Of a stretch of DNA of 64,000 nt, positions 26,436 to 36,253 are shown piece by piece. Positions within the stretch are counted from its first letter, which is position 1, and each line of letters opens with the position of its first letter. The position numbers were made by a program, and so were the translations under genes. The stretch is from positions 10,452-74,451 of the forward strand of contig NGFH01000002.1 in assembly GCA_002215675.1 (NCBI GenBank), given 5' to 3'. The stretch is from Bacteroidetes bacterium 2013_40CM_41_45. GTDB lineage: Bacteria; Bacteroidota; Bacteroidia; AKYH767-A; 2013-40CM-41-45. Under the pieces are notes generated by a model. It had not been told where the DNA came from. It searched no databases and saw only the letters and a program-made list of their open reading frames with translations.

Positions 26436-29435
26436 ATGTTGCACAAGCTGATTATGGTTACACGAGCAAAACAATATTTGCGATTATATAGTTTTTTTAA
26501 TAATACCTTGATTGAAGACAAAAAAATCATTCTAATATTTTTTTGCTTTTCACTTATTTTCCTCAATGAGGCTAACGCACAATCATATTCTTACCGACAC
26601 TATTCCGTTGAAGACGGAGTAAATAGTTCTACTGTTTATTGTGCTATGCAGGATTCAAAAGGATTTATGTGGTTCGGAACTGAAACAGGAGCCTGCCGGT
26701 TTGATGGAAAAACATTTATACAATTCACCATGCATGATGGCTTGTCTGATAATGAAATTTTCCAGATACATGAAGATTCAAAAGGGAGAATATGGTTTTT
26801 AACTTTTAACGGAAAGATTTCTTTTCTTGAAAACGGAATCTTTCATAACCCCGATAATGATACTGTTTTGAAAAAAGCAATTGCATACTCAAACAATCTA
26901 CTGAGTTTTTATGAAGATCATAATGGTGCTATCTGGATAGGAACTGTGTTTAACGGCTTAATGAAAATAGATGGACCAACTGTTTCGCATTATGACTTAA
27001 GTGAGAATACTACAGACGAAAAAGGGATGTATGTGCAAGAGGACAGTTTAAATAATATTTGGGTCATGAAGTCACTTAAAATTTATAAACTCGATGGGAA
27101 CGTTCATGCAGAGACAAGAAAAACGCAATTCCTGTTTGATAACAGGAATTGCGTTTATACTCAAGATAGAAATTTTTTATTTCTTGATTCTGGCGCTATT
27201 TATCTTATGGCTAACCTTAAAACGAGAAAGTTAATTTCAATCAGTGATAGTATTAAAAGGATTGATTTCATGTTCATGGACCCTTTTAAAAACGTCTGGA
27301 TTGGTACACAGGGACTCGGGTGTTACAAATATTATTTCTCGGATAGCACTTATAAAAAGCCGGAAATATTTTTGCCCGGGAAAATAATTCTTTGGATATT
27401 TACTGACAATGAAAATAACACGTGGATTACAACAGCTAATGAAGGAATTTATATGCTACCTGCCGATTATAAAAATCACTTCTCTTATACAATCAATGAC
27501 GGGTTATCGGAAACACAGATAAACAGTATTGCGAAAGACGCGAGCGGAAATATCTGGTTGGGGCTTAGCAGGGGAAGAATAAATGTTATAACTAAAAATA
27601 ACGGACTCAAAAGTTTTAGTGTTGACCAAAAGGCATCTCATTATAACCGTATTGTCAATATCTATATAGATAAGCATAATACCGTTTGGTGTGCAACCGA
27701 TTTCGGACTTTATCCTTATAAAAATTTTCAGCCCGAGCCTTCTTTTCTTGAAGCAACTGCACTTAAAAATATTGCACAAAATCCGGTAACCGATGAAATA
27801 AGCATTACTTATTATGGAGGCATTTTTTATTTGTCTGAAGATGGAACTAAATTACAAGGTAGTATAGTTTATAATGATGGCAGTGTTAAGCTTCAACGAA
27901 CATTCACTCATGCCTACGACCATTACGGCAATCTTTGGATAGGGAATATCGAAGGCCTTAATTTTTATAGCGGCAAACAACTTATCAAATATGGAGCTGA
28001 CAATGCGCTTTTAAAAATAAGAATTACAGACATCAAAGAATTCAAGAATGATATAATGATTATTTCCACTTATGGGCATGGGATAATTTTTTTCAGCAAA
28101 GGAAAAATCATTCAGCAAGTCAGCACGCAACAGGGGCTTGCAGGAGATATCTGCAGAAAAATTTTTACCAGAGATTCTCTTGTTTGGATTGCAACCAGTA
28201 CAGGGCTGAGTAAAATTATTTATGAAAATAATTTTTTTACAGTAAAAGAAAACCTGAACTCTAACAATGGTTTGCTTTCCGACAATGTAAGAGGTGTGAT
28301 TGATGATGGAGAGAAAATATATGTGGCAACGGAAAAAGGACTTTCGGTTTTGAACAATAATTCAAATATTGAAAAAACGGCTTCCCCGATTGTATATATA
28401 ACCAAGCTTACTACTGATAATAATTTATTCAACATAACTAATATTCCAGATATTTCATATAAAAACCAGCGGCTTGTTATTGATTTCGTGGCCGTCACTT
28501 TTAAGAATCCTGAAGAAGTAAAATATCAGTATCGCTTAAATGGGAATTCTGGCAAGTGGACAGAAACAAAAAACAATTTAGTTGAATTTTCTTCTCTCAG
28601 CCCCGGCAAATATATTTTTGAACTGACTGCAAAAAAAATTGACAGCGACTGGAGCAAGCCGATACAATTAAGTTTGGTAATTACTCCTCCATTCTGGAAA
28701 ACGTTGTGGTTCGAGCTTCTTATCGCAAACTTTTGTATCCTCTCCCTATATTGGATTATCAGAAACGTTACCACTCATAAGCTTCGCCAACAGTTAGTTT
28801 TAGCAAAACAAAAACAAGCCATTGAGGCAGAGCGTAATCGCATTGCATCCGATATGCATGATGACTTGGGCTCCGACCTGAGTAAGATTACGATTGTCAG
28901 CGAAGTAATAAAGGAAAGTGAAAAATTAAATGTTGAAATCTCGTCTAATCTTAATAAAATTTCCCGCTATGCAATTGACTTGCGCGAAAAAATGGATGAT
29001 ATTATTTGGGCTTTAAATCCAACACATGACACGTTGGGAGATTTAATTTCCTATGTTCATCAGTATACCCTGAATTATTTTGAGGGAAGTAATATTACAT
29101 GCACTGTGACACTTCCTGAAATTATTCCTGAAACACCTGTGTCAGCTACTATGCGTAGAAATATATTTCTTATTGTAAAGGAATCTCTTCATAACATCTA
29201 TAAGCATGCTCATGCATCGCATGCGCATATAAAAATAAAGATTGCTAATTCTGAGCTTGCTATTTTCATTGAGGATAACGGAGAAGGTTTTGAAGAAAAT
29301 CAGTTATCTTATGGAGGTAATGGCTTGAACAATATTCGTAAAAGAACAATGGAAACCGGAGGTAAGCTGGGTATTATTTCTTCAAAGGGACATGGCTGTA
29401 CAGTACAATTCAGTTGTTCGCTCAGGAAGCGGTAA
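26436..29435 (+). CDS. Sensor kinase: beta-propeller repeats, Y_Y_Y domain, TM helix, HisKA_3 and HATPase_c
   Basis: VKYQYRLNGNSGKWTE..PGKYIFEL (Y_Y_Y), ERNRIASDMHDDLGSDLS (HisKA_3), and ESLHNIYKHA / EDNGEGF (ATPase). Confidence 0.85.
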   Translation: MLHKLIMVTRAKQYLRLYSFFNNTLIEDKKIILIFFCFSLIFLNEANAQSYSYRHYSVEDGVNSSTVYCAMQDSKGFMWFGTETGACRFDGKTFIQFTMHDGLSDNEIFQIHEDSKGRIWFLTFNGKISFLENGIFHNPDNDTVLKKAIAYSNNLLSFYEDHNGAIWIGTVFNGLMKIDGPTVSHYDLSENTTDEKGMYVQEDSLNNIWVMKSLKIYKLDGNVHAETRKTQFLFDNRNCVYTQDRNFLFLDSGAIYLMANLKTRKLISISDSIKRIDFMFMDPFKNVWIGTQGLGCYKYYFSDSTYKKPEIFLPGKIILWIFTDNENNTWITTANEGIYMLPADYKNHFSYTINDGLSETQINSIAKDASGNIWLGLSRGRINVITKNNGLKSFSVDQKASHYNRIVNIYIDKHNTVWCATDFGLYPYKNFQPEPSFLEATALKNIAQNPVTDEISITYYGGIFYLSEDGTKLQGSIVYNDGSVKLQRTFTHAYDHYGNLWIGNIEGLNFYSGKQLIKYGADNALLKIRITDIKEFKNDIMIISTYGHGIIFFSKGKIIQQVSTQQGLAGDICRKIFTRDSLVWIATSTGLSKIIYENNFFTVKENLNSNNGLLSDNVRGVIDDGEKIYVATEKGLSVLNNNSNIEKTASPIVYITKLTTDNNLFNITNIPDISYKNQRLVIDFVAVTFKNPEEVKYQYRLNGNSGKWTETKNNLVEFSSLSPGKYIFELTAKKIDSDWSKPIQLSLVITPPFWKTLWFELLIANFCILSLYWIIRNVTTHKLRQQLVLAKQKQAIEAERNRIASDMHDDLGSDLSKITIVSEVIKESEKLNVEISSNLNKISRYAIDLREKMDDIIWALNPTHDTLGDLISYVHQYTLNYFEGSNITCTVTLPEIIPETPVSATMRRNIFLIVKESLHNIYKHAHASHAHIKIKIANSELAIFIEDNGEGFEENQLSYGGNGLNNIRKRTMETGGKLGIISSKGHGCTVQFSCSLRKR

Positions 29436-29511
29436 AAAAACATACCTCGTACTTTAGTATGAGAGCATTTTCAATAGCACCGTGTATTTTTGACTAAATA
29501 TTTTTTCAGAC

Positions 29512-30141
29512 ATGCCAGAGATAAAAATTATTATAATAGAAGACCAGGAAGAAATCCGGAAAGGTTATGAATTCCTGATCAATAACTCCAATGATTTTTC
29601 CTGCATAGGGTATGCCAATGCCGAAGATGCCATTGACAATGTCTTCTTCGACAAGCCCGAAATTATTCTCATGGATGTAAACCTTCCGGGTATCTCAGGC
29701 ATTGAAGCAACGAAGTTATTGAAAGAAAAATTTCCGAAAGTTCACATTATCATTTTCACGGTGTATGAAAATAATGAAAATGTTTTCCAGGCGCTGGAAG
29801 CCGGAGCAAGCGGTTACATACTTAAACAAACGAAACCGGCACAATTGATTGAAGCGATAAAAGAAGTATACAATGGCGGGGCGCCCATGAGCAGCCGGAT
29901 TGCAAAAATGGTTGTAGCATCTTTTCAGAAAAAAAATATTGTTGACAATGAAGAAGAATTAACGGAGCGAGAAAATGAAATATTAAAATTACTTTCTGCC
30001 GGTTATCGAAACAAAGAAGTTTCAGAAAAGCTTTTCATTTCACTCAGCACTGTGAAATCACATGTCTATAATATCTACCAGAAGCTGCATGTCACAACAC
30101 GTGTAGAGGCCCTCAACAAAATCAGGAGGCACATCAGATAA
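29512..30141 (+). CDS. NarL/LuxR-family response regulator
   Basis: REC (IIIIEDQ, ILMDVNLPG) plus a LuxR HTH (LTERENEILKLLSAGYRNKEVSEKLFISLSTVKSH). Confidence 0.9.
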   Translation: MPEIKIIIIEDQEEIRKGYEFLINNSNDFSCIGYANAEDAIDNVFFDKPEIILMDVNLPGISGIEATKLLKEKFPKVHIIIFTVYENNENVFQALEAGASGYILKQTKPAQLIEAIKEVYNGGAPMSSRIAKMVVASFQKKNIVDNEEELTERENEILKLLSAGYRNKEVSEKLFISLSTVKSHVYNIYQKLHVTTRVEALNKIRRHIR

Positions 30142-30301
30142 TTTTCTTTATTTCTTTTTTGAAAAATCCAACTTTAGTTGGATTGATTGGGCATTTTATT
30201 GCCCTGATGTTTGTTCCGAAATTATTATCTCATTAAGTTATAAAAACGCGGAAGCCGAAAAGCGTGAAAGAGAGTAGGCATTAACTCCAAATTCTTATGC
30301 A

Positions 30302-31717
30302 ATGAAAAGGAAAACTGAAACACTAAAACAAATCTTGTATGCTGCTTTGGGCAGTATATTCCTGATTATTTACTCCGTTAAAACGAACGCTCAGATTCTG
30401 CCAATTATTCCTGATAATTTAGTAGCGTCTGCTACGAGTGTTAATCATACAAACAATGATATTAAGGGTCCTGTTACTGTGTGGGATGATATAATTTCTT
30501 TTCCCATTGCCTTTATTTCTTTTGGCTCAGGCGCTATACCCCTTAATAACGGGCAGAGTGCTTATGACCCTGATGTTAGTGTATTAGGTATTTGGACGAT
30601 AGCGGTTTATGAAGACCCTTCGGCTAATTCAATAAATGCTGATATCTTTAAAACCGGGCTATACATTTCTACAAAAATTATATCGCACTCCGGCAGAAGG
30701 CCTAAGATTGATGCTGATGACGGTGGAGTTAATGCAGAAATTGTCTGGGAAGATATTTCAACACCGACATTAAGAAGTATAATGAATTGTACAGTTCAGA
30801 TTATAGGAGGAGGACCCACCTTCTCTGCTCCTGCTTTTTTACTTAAAGGCCCTGCTACGGGAACCGATTACGCTGACCCTGATGTAGCAGTTGAGTTTGG
30901 CATGCATTATACCTGCATTCGTAATGGCAATGATTTGCTTTATGATGGTGCGTTTTTAGCAAGCAGTTTCTCTAATAATCCAAGAATATCTTCCGGCACT
31001 ATATTTCCTGATGATGTTGAAGTAGTAGCAGAAAGAGGTGGCGAGATTTATGGTTTCAGTATGGCAACGATAACCGGGACCGGAGGACCGCCTCCAAACC
31101 CGATTCACTATGGCACTGGCACAATGCCTGTCTGCGCCTATGTATATGATGTGTTTGCTGTTTTATGGGAACAGGGAGGTACAATAGTTGCCTATTTATG
31201 CTCGCGTGATGGGTTTACAATTACAAATGTGATAATACCACAACCTCCTCCTCCTGGTGATTTGTGTTACGTAAGCATTAATTATGCTTCTGGCGGTCAA
31301 TCGGCCACATCTGTCAGCGGGTTCGGCGCTATTGGGATCTTTGATTTGTATTCCTCATTCGGGGATGCAGGACTGGGTCAGGTAAGTGATAAAATGAGCG
31401 ATAGCGTAACTGCTCCGGCCGATAGCGGAATATTTAGAATTGCAAACACAGACTGGCAGGCATCTTCTGTTGTAATTTATCCTACCCCATTTACAGATGA
31501 GGTAATTATCAAACTTCCATTTGATAGCAAAAGCCCGGCAAGTTTTAATGTCAGCATTACTGATGCACTGGGAAGAAACGTGTATGAAACCACAGCAGAA
31601 AACCAGGAGCAAATTATATGGAAGGCAGGCGATGCCTTGGGTTCAGGAATTTATTACCTGAAGGCAACTAACAGCTACACTAATTTTCTGACAGTCTCCA
31701 AATTGCTGAAATTATAA
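30302..31717 (+). CDS. Secreted protein with T9SS type A C-terminal sorting domain
   Basis: Signal peptide, then the C-terminal pattern VIYPTPFTDEVIIKLP ... ITDALGRNVY ... GIYYLKATN ... SKLLKL. Confidence 0.75.
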   Translation: MKRKTETLKQILYAALGSIFLIIYSVKTNAQILPIIPDNLVASATSVNHTNNDIKGPVTVWDDIISFPIAFISFGSGAIPLNNGQSAYDPDVSVLGIWTIAVYEDPSANSINADIFKTGLYISTKIISHSGRRPKIDADDGGVNAEIVWEDISTPTLRSIMNCTVQIIGGGPTFSAPAFLLKGPATGTDYADPDVAVEFGMHYTCIRNGNDLLYDGAFLASSFSNNPRISSGTIFPDDVEVVAERGGEIYGFSMATITGTGGPPPNPIHYGTGTMPVCAYVYDVFAVLWEQGGTIVAYLCSRDGFTITNVIIPQPPPPGDLCYVSINYASGGQSATSVSGFGAIGIFDLYSSFGDAGLGQVSDKMSDSVTAPADSGIFRIANTDWQASSVVIYPTPFTDEVIIKLPFDSKSPASFNVSITDALGRNVYETTAENQEQIIWKAGDALGSGIYYLKATNSYTNFLTVSKLLKL

Positions 31718-31748
31718 AATCAAACCACCGACATTATTTTTTGTTCTG

Positions 31749-31782
31749 ATAAGCGTAAGCAAAAACTTACGCTTATTTTTTT
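31749..31782 (+). terminator. Rho-independent terminator
   Basis: 11-bp stem ATAAGCGTAAG / CTTACGCTTAT followed by TTTTTT. Confidence 0.7.
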
Positions 31783-31842
31783 AATAATAAATTCTGTCAG
31801 CAATAGAATGAAAATGGAAGAAACTGAAAGAAGGTCGAGTAG

Positions 31843-31863
31843 TCCTGTCGGGACTACAAAATA
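31843..31863. repeat. Left copy of a 21-bp direct repeat flanking the GIY-YIG gene
   Basis: TCCTGTCGGGACTACAAAATA, identical to 32239-32259. The left copy sits in a GTAGTCC/GGACTAC hairpin. Confidence 0.8.
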
Positions 31864-31872
31864 ATTTGTGGC

Positions 31873-32172
31873 ATGGGTTTCTATGTTTACGTTTTAAAAA
31901 ATGAAGTTACAGGTAAAATATATAAAGGCCAAACACAGGATTTGAAAAAGCGAATAGCAGAACATTCTTGGTCGCATACAAAATCGACCCGTAATTATTC
32001 CAAAGAATGGAAGCTTGTATATTTTGAAATTGTAAATAGCCGGGAGCAAGCAATTACCAGGGAAAAATATTTTAAATCTGCAGCAGGAAGAAAATTTCTA
32101 AGACCTAAAATTGAATCAAGTAGTTCAACGGATACCCGCCCGAACGTACCGTTCGGTACGGGCGGGGAATAG
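31873..32172 (+). CDS. GIY-YIG nuclease-family small protein
   Basis: FYVYVLKNEVTGKIYKGQTQDLKKRIAEH matches the GIY-(N10)-YIG/K module. The last 15 or so codons run through a GC-rich hairpin at 32135-32166. Confidence 0.8.
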   Translation: MGFYVYVLKNEVTGKIYKGQTQDLKKRIAEHSWSHTKSTRNYSKEWKLVYFEIVNSREQAITREKYFKSAAGRKFLRPKIESSSSTDTRPNVPFGTGGE

Positions 32173-32201
32173 GAGTTTCCTAAACTCTTGATACAGTGTT
32201 C

Positions 32202-32231
32202 CCCGCCTGACTGCTGACACAGTCAGGCGGG
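32202..32231. repeat. Perfect 12-bp-stem hairpin downstream of the GIY-YIG gene
   Basis: CCCGCCTGACTG-ctgaca-CAGTCAGGCGGG. Confidence 0.7.
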
Positions 32232-32238
32232 CAGGGAT

Positions 32239-32259
32239 TCCTGTCGGGACTACAAAATA
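32239..32259. repeat. Right copy of the 21-bp direct repeat flanking the GIY-YIG gene
   Basis: TCCTGTCGGGACTACAAAATA, identical to 31843-31863. Confidence 0.8.
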
Positions 32260-32386
32260 CTGCTAAATTCATTGAAAATCAGTGCCCGAAGTGGCGAGGC
32301 AAACAATGCCCTTCTTTTTAAAATTTCTTTTAATCTTATATTATGTGCATGTGCTACTCTGACCATAAAGAAAGTTTTCTGTTGGC

Positions 32387-32704
32387 TTAGATGTGAAGCG
32401 AAGTAATTTTACCGTTCTTAGTTTCAAAATTGTATTTGATGATTGCAGGGCTTCCAGGAAAAGTCCCTGAAATTTTTGCCGTTAAAATAATTTCGTCTCC
32501 ATTGGTTGTGACTTCAAGTGGTTCATATTTTGTCTTGTATTTGGAATTAGTCAGTTCATTCCATTTTCTGATTTCTGTTTTGCCATGATATGTTTTTCCT
32601 TCATCATGTACTATCGCATCATCGGAAAAATTTTCAGTAAATGCTTTACTGTCATATTTGTCTTGTGCGGCAATTAAGTCTGCAATTAATTTTGGTAGTT
32701 TCAT
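32387..32704 (-). CDS. NTF2/SnoaL-like small protein
   Basis: 105 aa with the usual layout: an N-terminal helix (IAAQDKYDSKAFTENFSDDAIVHDEG) followed by a beta-sheet cone. Confidence 0.65.
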   Translation of the reverse strand: MKLPKLIADLIAAQDKYDSKAFTENFSDDAIVHDEGKTYHGKTEIRKWNELTNSKYKTKYEPLEVTTNGDEIILTAKISGTFPGSPAIIKYNFETKNGKITSLHI

Positions 32705-32846
32705 TTGTTATTTGTTTTAAAATTTGTTTTACTTATTTATAAAGTTGGAATAGTTCCTCCCTGTTTATTACTTCCACTCACTTTCATATTGCTATCAAAA
32801 TCCAAAAAAAAATTATTTCTTTTAATCTTGATGTTATGCGTTCGTT

Positions 32847-33734
32847 TTACTTTCCCCACGAAGTCGTATCTATCAAATATCCGCTCGTCAGCCAACGATG
32901 TTGTAAGAAAGCCAACACATAGTTTGTCAATGTCCGTTTGTTTGGCTTAAACATTTTTGGTGTCAAGTCAAGTTCGTAAAGTTCGCTTACAATTCTGTTG
33001 CCTTGTCCGTATCTTCTAAATCTCTCTCGGAAGTCACGAAGTCCGTCACCGAAATTATGTTTTGCAATACTGTCAAATGCGTAAGTGAGTTGTCCAATGT
33101 TCAGCAACTTAAAACCTAAATCAATGTCTTCGCCTCCTGCGATTTTTATTTGCTCGTTGAACCCGCCAACTTTTTCAAACGCTTGTCGCCACACTAAACA
33201 ATTTGCAGTTATCAAATAGTCAGGTCGTGGTTTGTTCGGTTGCTCATAAACTTTTGGCGGCACAAGAATTTCTTGTTGCTCGTAATATTTTGAAATGATG
33301 TCTTGTCTGTGAGCTTTGATGTTGCCTGCATAACCAACCGAACCGTTTTGAACTTTTAAATAACCTGTGATAAAACTTTCTGTCGGCACACAATCGCTGT
33401 CGGTGAAAAGTATCCAATCGGTTTGTGCTTGCTTAACTCCAAAATTTCTTGCACTTGCTGGTCCAATTTTCTTGCACTTAAAAAGTCGCACCGAAATAGG
33501 AAAGTCGTTGCGGATTTCAATTGCAGGATTTGAGTTGTTGTCAACGATGATTATTTCTTTAGGAAAATTGTCTGCGGTTTGCGTTCTAAAAAACTCCGTC
33601 AAAAAAATGTCAATGCCGTTTTGATTGTCCTTAACTGGAATGACAATAGTGATTTCATCCGTTGTCCGAATGTCGTCTGATTTTATCCCTGCTCGTTTGG
33701 TCGGCTTAAATCCCAACCTGCTAATCATTGTCAT
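32847..33734 (-). CDS. Family 2 glycosyltransferase
   Basis: ITIVIPVKDN, IIIVDNNS and FTDSDC (DxD) motifs. The start was chosen at an internal ATG because the longest ORF begins with TTG. Confidence 0.8.
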   Translation of the reverse strand: MTMISRLGFKPTKRAGIKSDDIRTTDEITIVIPVKDNQNGIDIFLTEFFRTQTADNFPKEIIIVDNNSNPAIEIRNDFPISVRLFKCKKIGPASARNFGVKQAQTDWILFTDSDCVPTESFITGYLKVQNGSVGYAGNIKAHRQDIISKYYEQQEILVPPKVYEQPNKPRPDYLITANCLVWRQAFEKVGGFNEQIKIAGGEDIDLGFKLLNIGQLTYAFDSIAKHNFGDGLRDFRERFRRYGQGNRIVSELYELDLTPKMFKPNKRTLTNYVLAFLQHRWLTSGYLIDTTSWGK

Positions 33735-33915
33735 AAGGTTAAATTGTCTGTTCGTTTCTTGCACAAATGTTTGAAGTTGCTGTGTCGCCAAAGAAAGGCA
33801 GATAACATTTAAATATACGAAACAAACCTACCAAAACTTTCGCTAATCCGCCACCCGTATGTTGGATTGCCGCATGTTTGGGTTGCGTTAATCTGCAGAA
33901 GAAAAAAGACCGAGA

Positions 33916-34090
33916 GAATTCCAGCTGCTCACAGCTAGTGCTGACGATAAATGTCAGCATCGAGACATGCTTCGCATCGTCTCGACCCCGAAAGAATTCC
34001 GACCCTCTTCGTGCATAGCCCCGATTGAGCCGGAGCGCAGCGCAGGTGAAAGCGGGACGGTAAGTTGAGAGAACGGAAATGTTCAGCTTC
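33916..34090 (+). repeat. Mosaic intergenic repeat, copy C (with a nested ~80-nt hairpin-rich insertion)
   Basis: GAATTCCAGCTGCTCACAGCTAG ... CCCCGATTGAGCCGGAGCGCAGCG..AGCGGGACGGTAAG..AATGTTCAGCTTC aligns with 40796-40888, and in inverse orientation with 37367-37500 and 47672-47719. Confidence 0.8.
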
Positions 34091-35171
34091 AAAATTGCTG
34101 AAAGACCTCACCCAGCTTTAAAATCTTTAACGTGTTTTTGATTTTTCCCTCGGCATTGAGCTTGTTTAATATTTGCTCGGGTTCACCTAATGGTTCGTCT
34201 GCAGAATCGAATGTGCCGTAGTGGAATGGTATGAATGTTTTTGCTTGTGTTGCGTGGAATGCTTTCACAGCATCATATGGGTCCTGATGTAACGGTCCCA
34301 TAAACCAGGCAGGAGCGTATGCACCTGCGCCTATGAGAGCTACATTAATGTCCGAAAAAAGTTCTCCAACATCATTGAAGTGTGTTCCATGCCCGGAGTC
34401 CCCGCTAAAGTAGATGCGCTTTCCATCTTTCTCAATCAAGAACGCTCCCCAGAGAGTAGTGTTTCCATCCCAAAGGGTACGGTTCGCCCAGTGTCTTGAC
34501 GGCAGGAACGTAATCTTCAGGTCGCTCTCAAGTTGATATTGTTGATACCACCCGGCAGTTTGTATTTTGTTGCTCGTCCATTTACTAATTAAATTATCCA
34601 GGCTTAATCCGGTTAGTATCTGCGCGTGGGGATTATTGCTGGTTAACAACTTTATGCTGTTTTTATCGCAGTGGTCGTAGTGCGCATGCGAAACCAATAT
34701 GTAATCAATATTCAATAATTTACCAGGAGGAACAGGCATATCCGAAAAGCGCACACCAACCGGCAGCTTACCATAAACCGGGTCTATCAGAATGCGAATG
34801 CCTGACAACTGAATAAAAAAACTGGCGTGACCTAACCAAACAATCTTGTCCGCTGAATCTGTCAGCCATTGATCATCTTTAAGAACAGGTATTCGCCACG
34901 TGTCCTTCTGTTTTATTTCTTTCTGTGGATTACGGTGCGTCATGAACTTAAATACATTACCGTAATCAAGTTTCCACGGATACTCATGATTGATGAATAA
35001 ACCATCCTCATCGAGTGGAGTGCCCTTCCAATCAGGTTTAACAGTTACAAGAGCCGGATTTGAAGTGTAGCTTGTTATCGTAGGTGTTTTCTTTTTTGCC
35101 AGCATAATCTTCCCTGTTAAAAGCAAACCGAACAACGCCAATCCTCTATAGATGAATTTTCTCCTGTTCAT
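34089..35171 (-). CDS. MBL-fold metallo-hydrolase with Tat/Sec-like signal
   Basis: N-terminus MNRRKFIYRGLALFGLLL. Metal motif LVSHAHYDHCD and later the SGDSGH and FHYGTF motifs. Confidence 0.85.
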   Translation of the reverse strand: MNRRKFIYRGLALFGLLLTGKIMLAKKKTPTITSYTSNPALVTVKPDWKGTPLDEDGLFINHEYPWKLDYGNVFKFMTHRNPQKEIKQKDTWRIPVLKDDQWLTDSADKIVWLGHASFFIQLSGIRILIDPVYGKLPVGVRFSDMPVPPGKLLNIDYILVSHAHYDHCDKNSIKLLTSNNPHAQILTGLSLDNLISKWTSNKIQTAGWYQQYQLESDLKITFLPSRHWANRTLWDGNTTLWGAFLIEKDGKRIYFSGDSGHGTHFNDVGELFSDINVALIGAGAYAPAWFMGPLHQDPYDAVKAFHATQAKTFIPFHYGTFDSADEPLGEPEQILNKLNAEGKIKNTLKILKLGEVFQQF

Positions 35172-35602
35172 AGCTGGCTTCCTGTTTGTGCTGAGACTGT
35201 CTATGACTACCTATTTTCTATCCAATCCACCATTAACTTGCGCTCTGCAAAAAACCATTTTCCGTTTTGCCTTACAAAGCTATCATGATATTTAATGTTG
35301 GCAATCATACAAAGGTGCAATACTTTTTAAATATTCTATTTGCTGTATGGCTCAAATATTATTTGGTGAGTGGCTCACTGCACAGAACCAATTCCCGGTT
35401 CCGATTTTATTCATTACTTCACCCCTGCAAAATAAAATCCTGAGCCAACAGCAACAATGGCAAGAAAAGATTATAATATTTGGTGGGGTCCGCCAAAAAA
35501 ATTCTCAGCGCAAATTGCCGAGCGTAAAATCACCTGGCTTGAACTTTTTTATGTAACTGAATAATTCCGAAGCATGGCTAGGGTATAGATAAGCCAGGTT
35601 TA

Positions 35603-35986
35603 TTATTCACCTAATTTCATGAGAGGGTAAAGATTCATCGCTTCTCGAAGTAGTTTAATCTTTCCTTTCTCAGCTACCAGGCGTCCCATGTACAGTTGTT
35701 TATACGGCTTGCCATTAAACAAACCGTCTACTTCATATTCCGCAAAAACCTGATCCGGTGTTTCTATGTAGTACTTTATGTTAATGAACTTGAAATCCGG
35801 AGCCATTTTGAGAATGCCGGTTATCATGTTCTTAATATTCTCCGGTCCTTCACTCCGCCACGATTGACCCAGTGAAGCTAAATAGGGAAGTTCAATTGCG
35901 CCATCAGCAGCGAATAGTGATGCCGCGGCATCCGGATTCTGAATATTACTATGATAAGTTTGTAATAGCTCTTTTGCTGTTTTCAT
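35603..35986 (-). CDS. NTF2/SnoaL-like protein
   Basis: Start taken at the ATG at 35986 (MKTAKELLQTYH...). Size and pattern fit the ketosteroid-isomerase-like fold. Confidence 0.6.
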   Translation of the reverse strand: MKTAKELLQTYHSNIQNPDAAASLFAADGAIELPYLASLGQSWRSEGPENIKNMITGILKMAPDFKFINIKYYIETPDQVFAEYEVDGLFNGKPYKQLYMGRLVAEKGKIKLLREAMNLYPLMKLGE

Positions 35987-36184
35987 TGTTTTATTATTAT
36001 TTGTTTGACTTTGCGAATAGATGTTTTTAACCGTCACAATCACTACTGAATCAGGATTAGTTTTTTCATCATGCCAGATTATTATTTCAAATATCATTTT
36101 GTCCTACCGACAGCAACTAAACGATTTGCGCTGTGAAGTTCTAATCATCGCACATCCTTAGCATTGATTTTTGATAAATAAAAA

Positions 36185-36200
36185 CGTGACAAATATCAAT
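36185..36200. promoter_or_regulatory. CRP/FNR-type half-palindrome site CGTGA-N6-TCAAT
   Basis: Lies in the divergent intergenic region between two NTF2-like genes, 0.5 kb from a Crp-family gene. Confidence 0.4.
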
Positions 36201-36253
36201 TCTGTCCTTTCGGTGCACAAGTATATTTGGGTCATGAAAATTGTATATGCGTT

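Noticed and set aside
33739-34092. A 117-aa minus-strand ORF between the GT2 and MBL genes, and the similar 65-aa ORF at 37274-37471.
   Set aside because: Both are translations of the mosaic repeat copies C and A. The same nucleotide element recurs in both orientations and with nested insertions, which argues for a non-coding repeat.
35172-35602. A 430-nt gap containing a 69-aa ORF (35347-35556).
   Set aside because: The ORF has a Gln-rich, low-complexity translation and no start context or motif. I saw no convincing RNA structure or repeat, so the gap is left unannotated.
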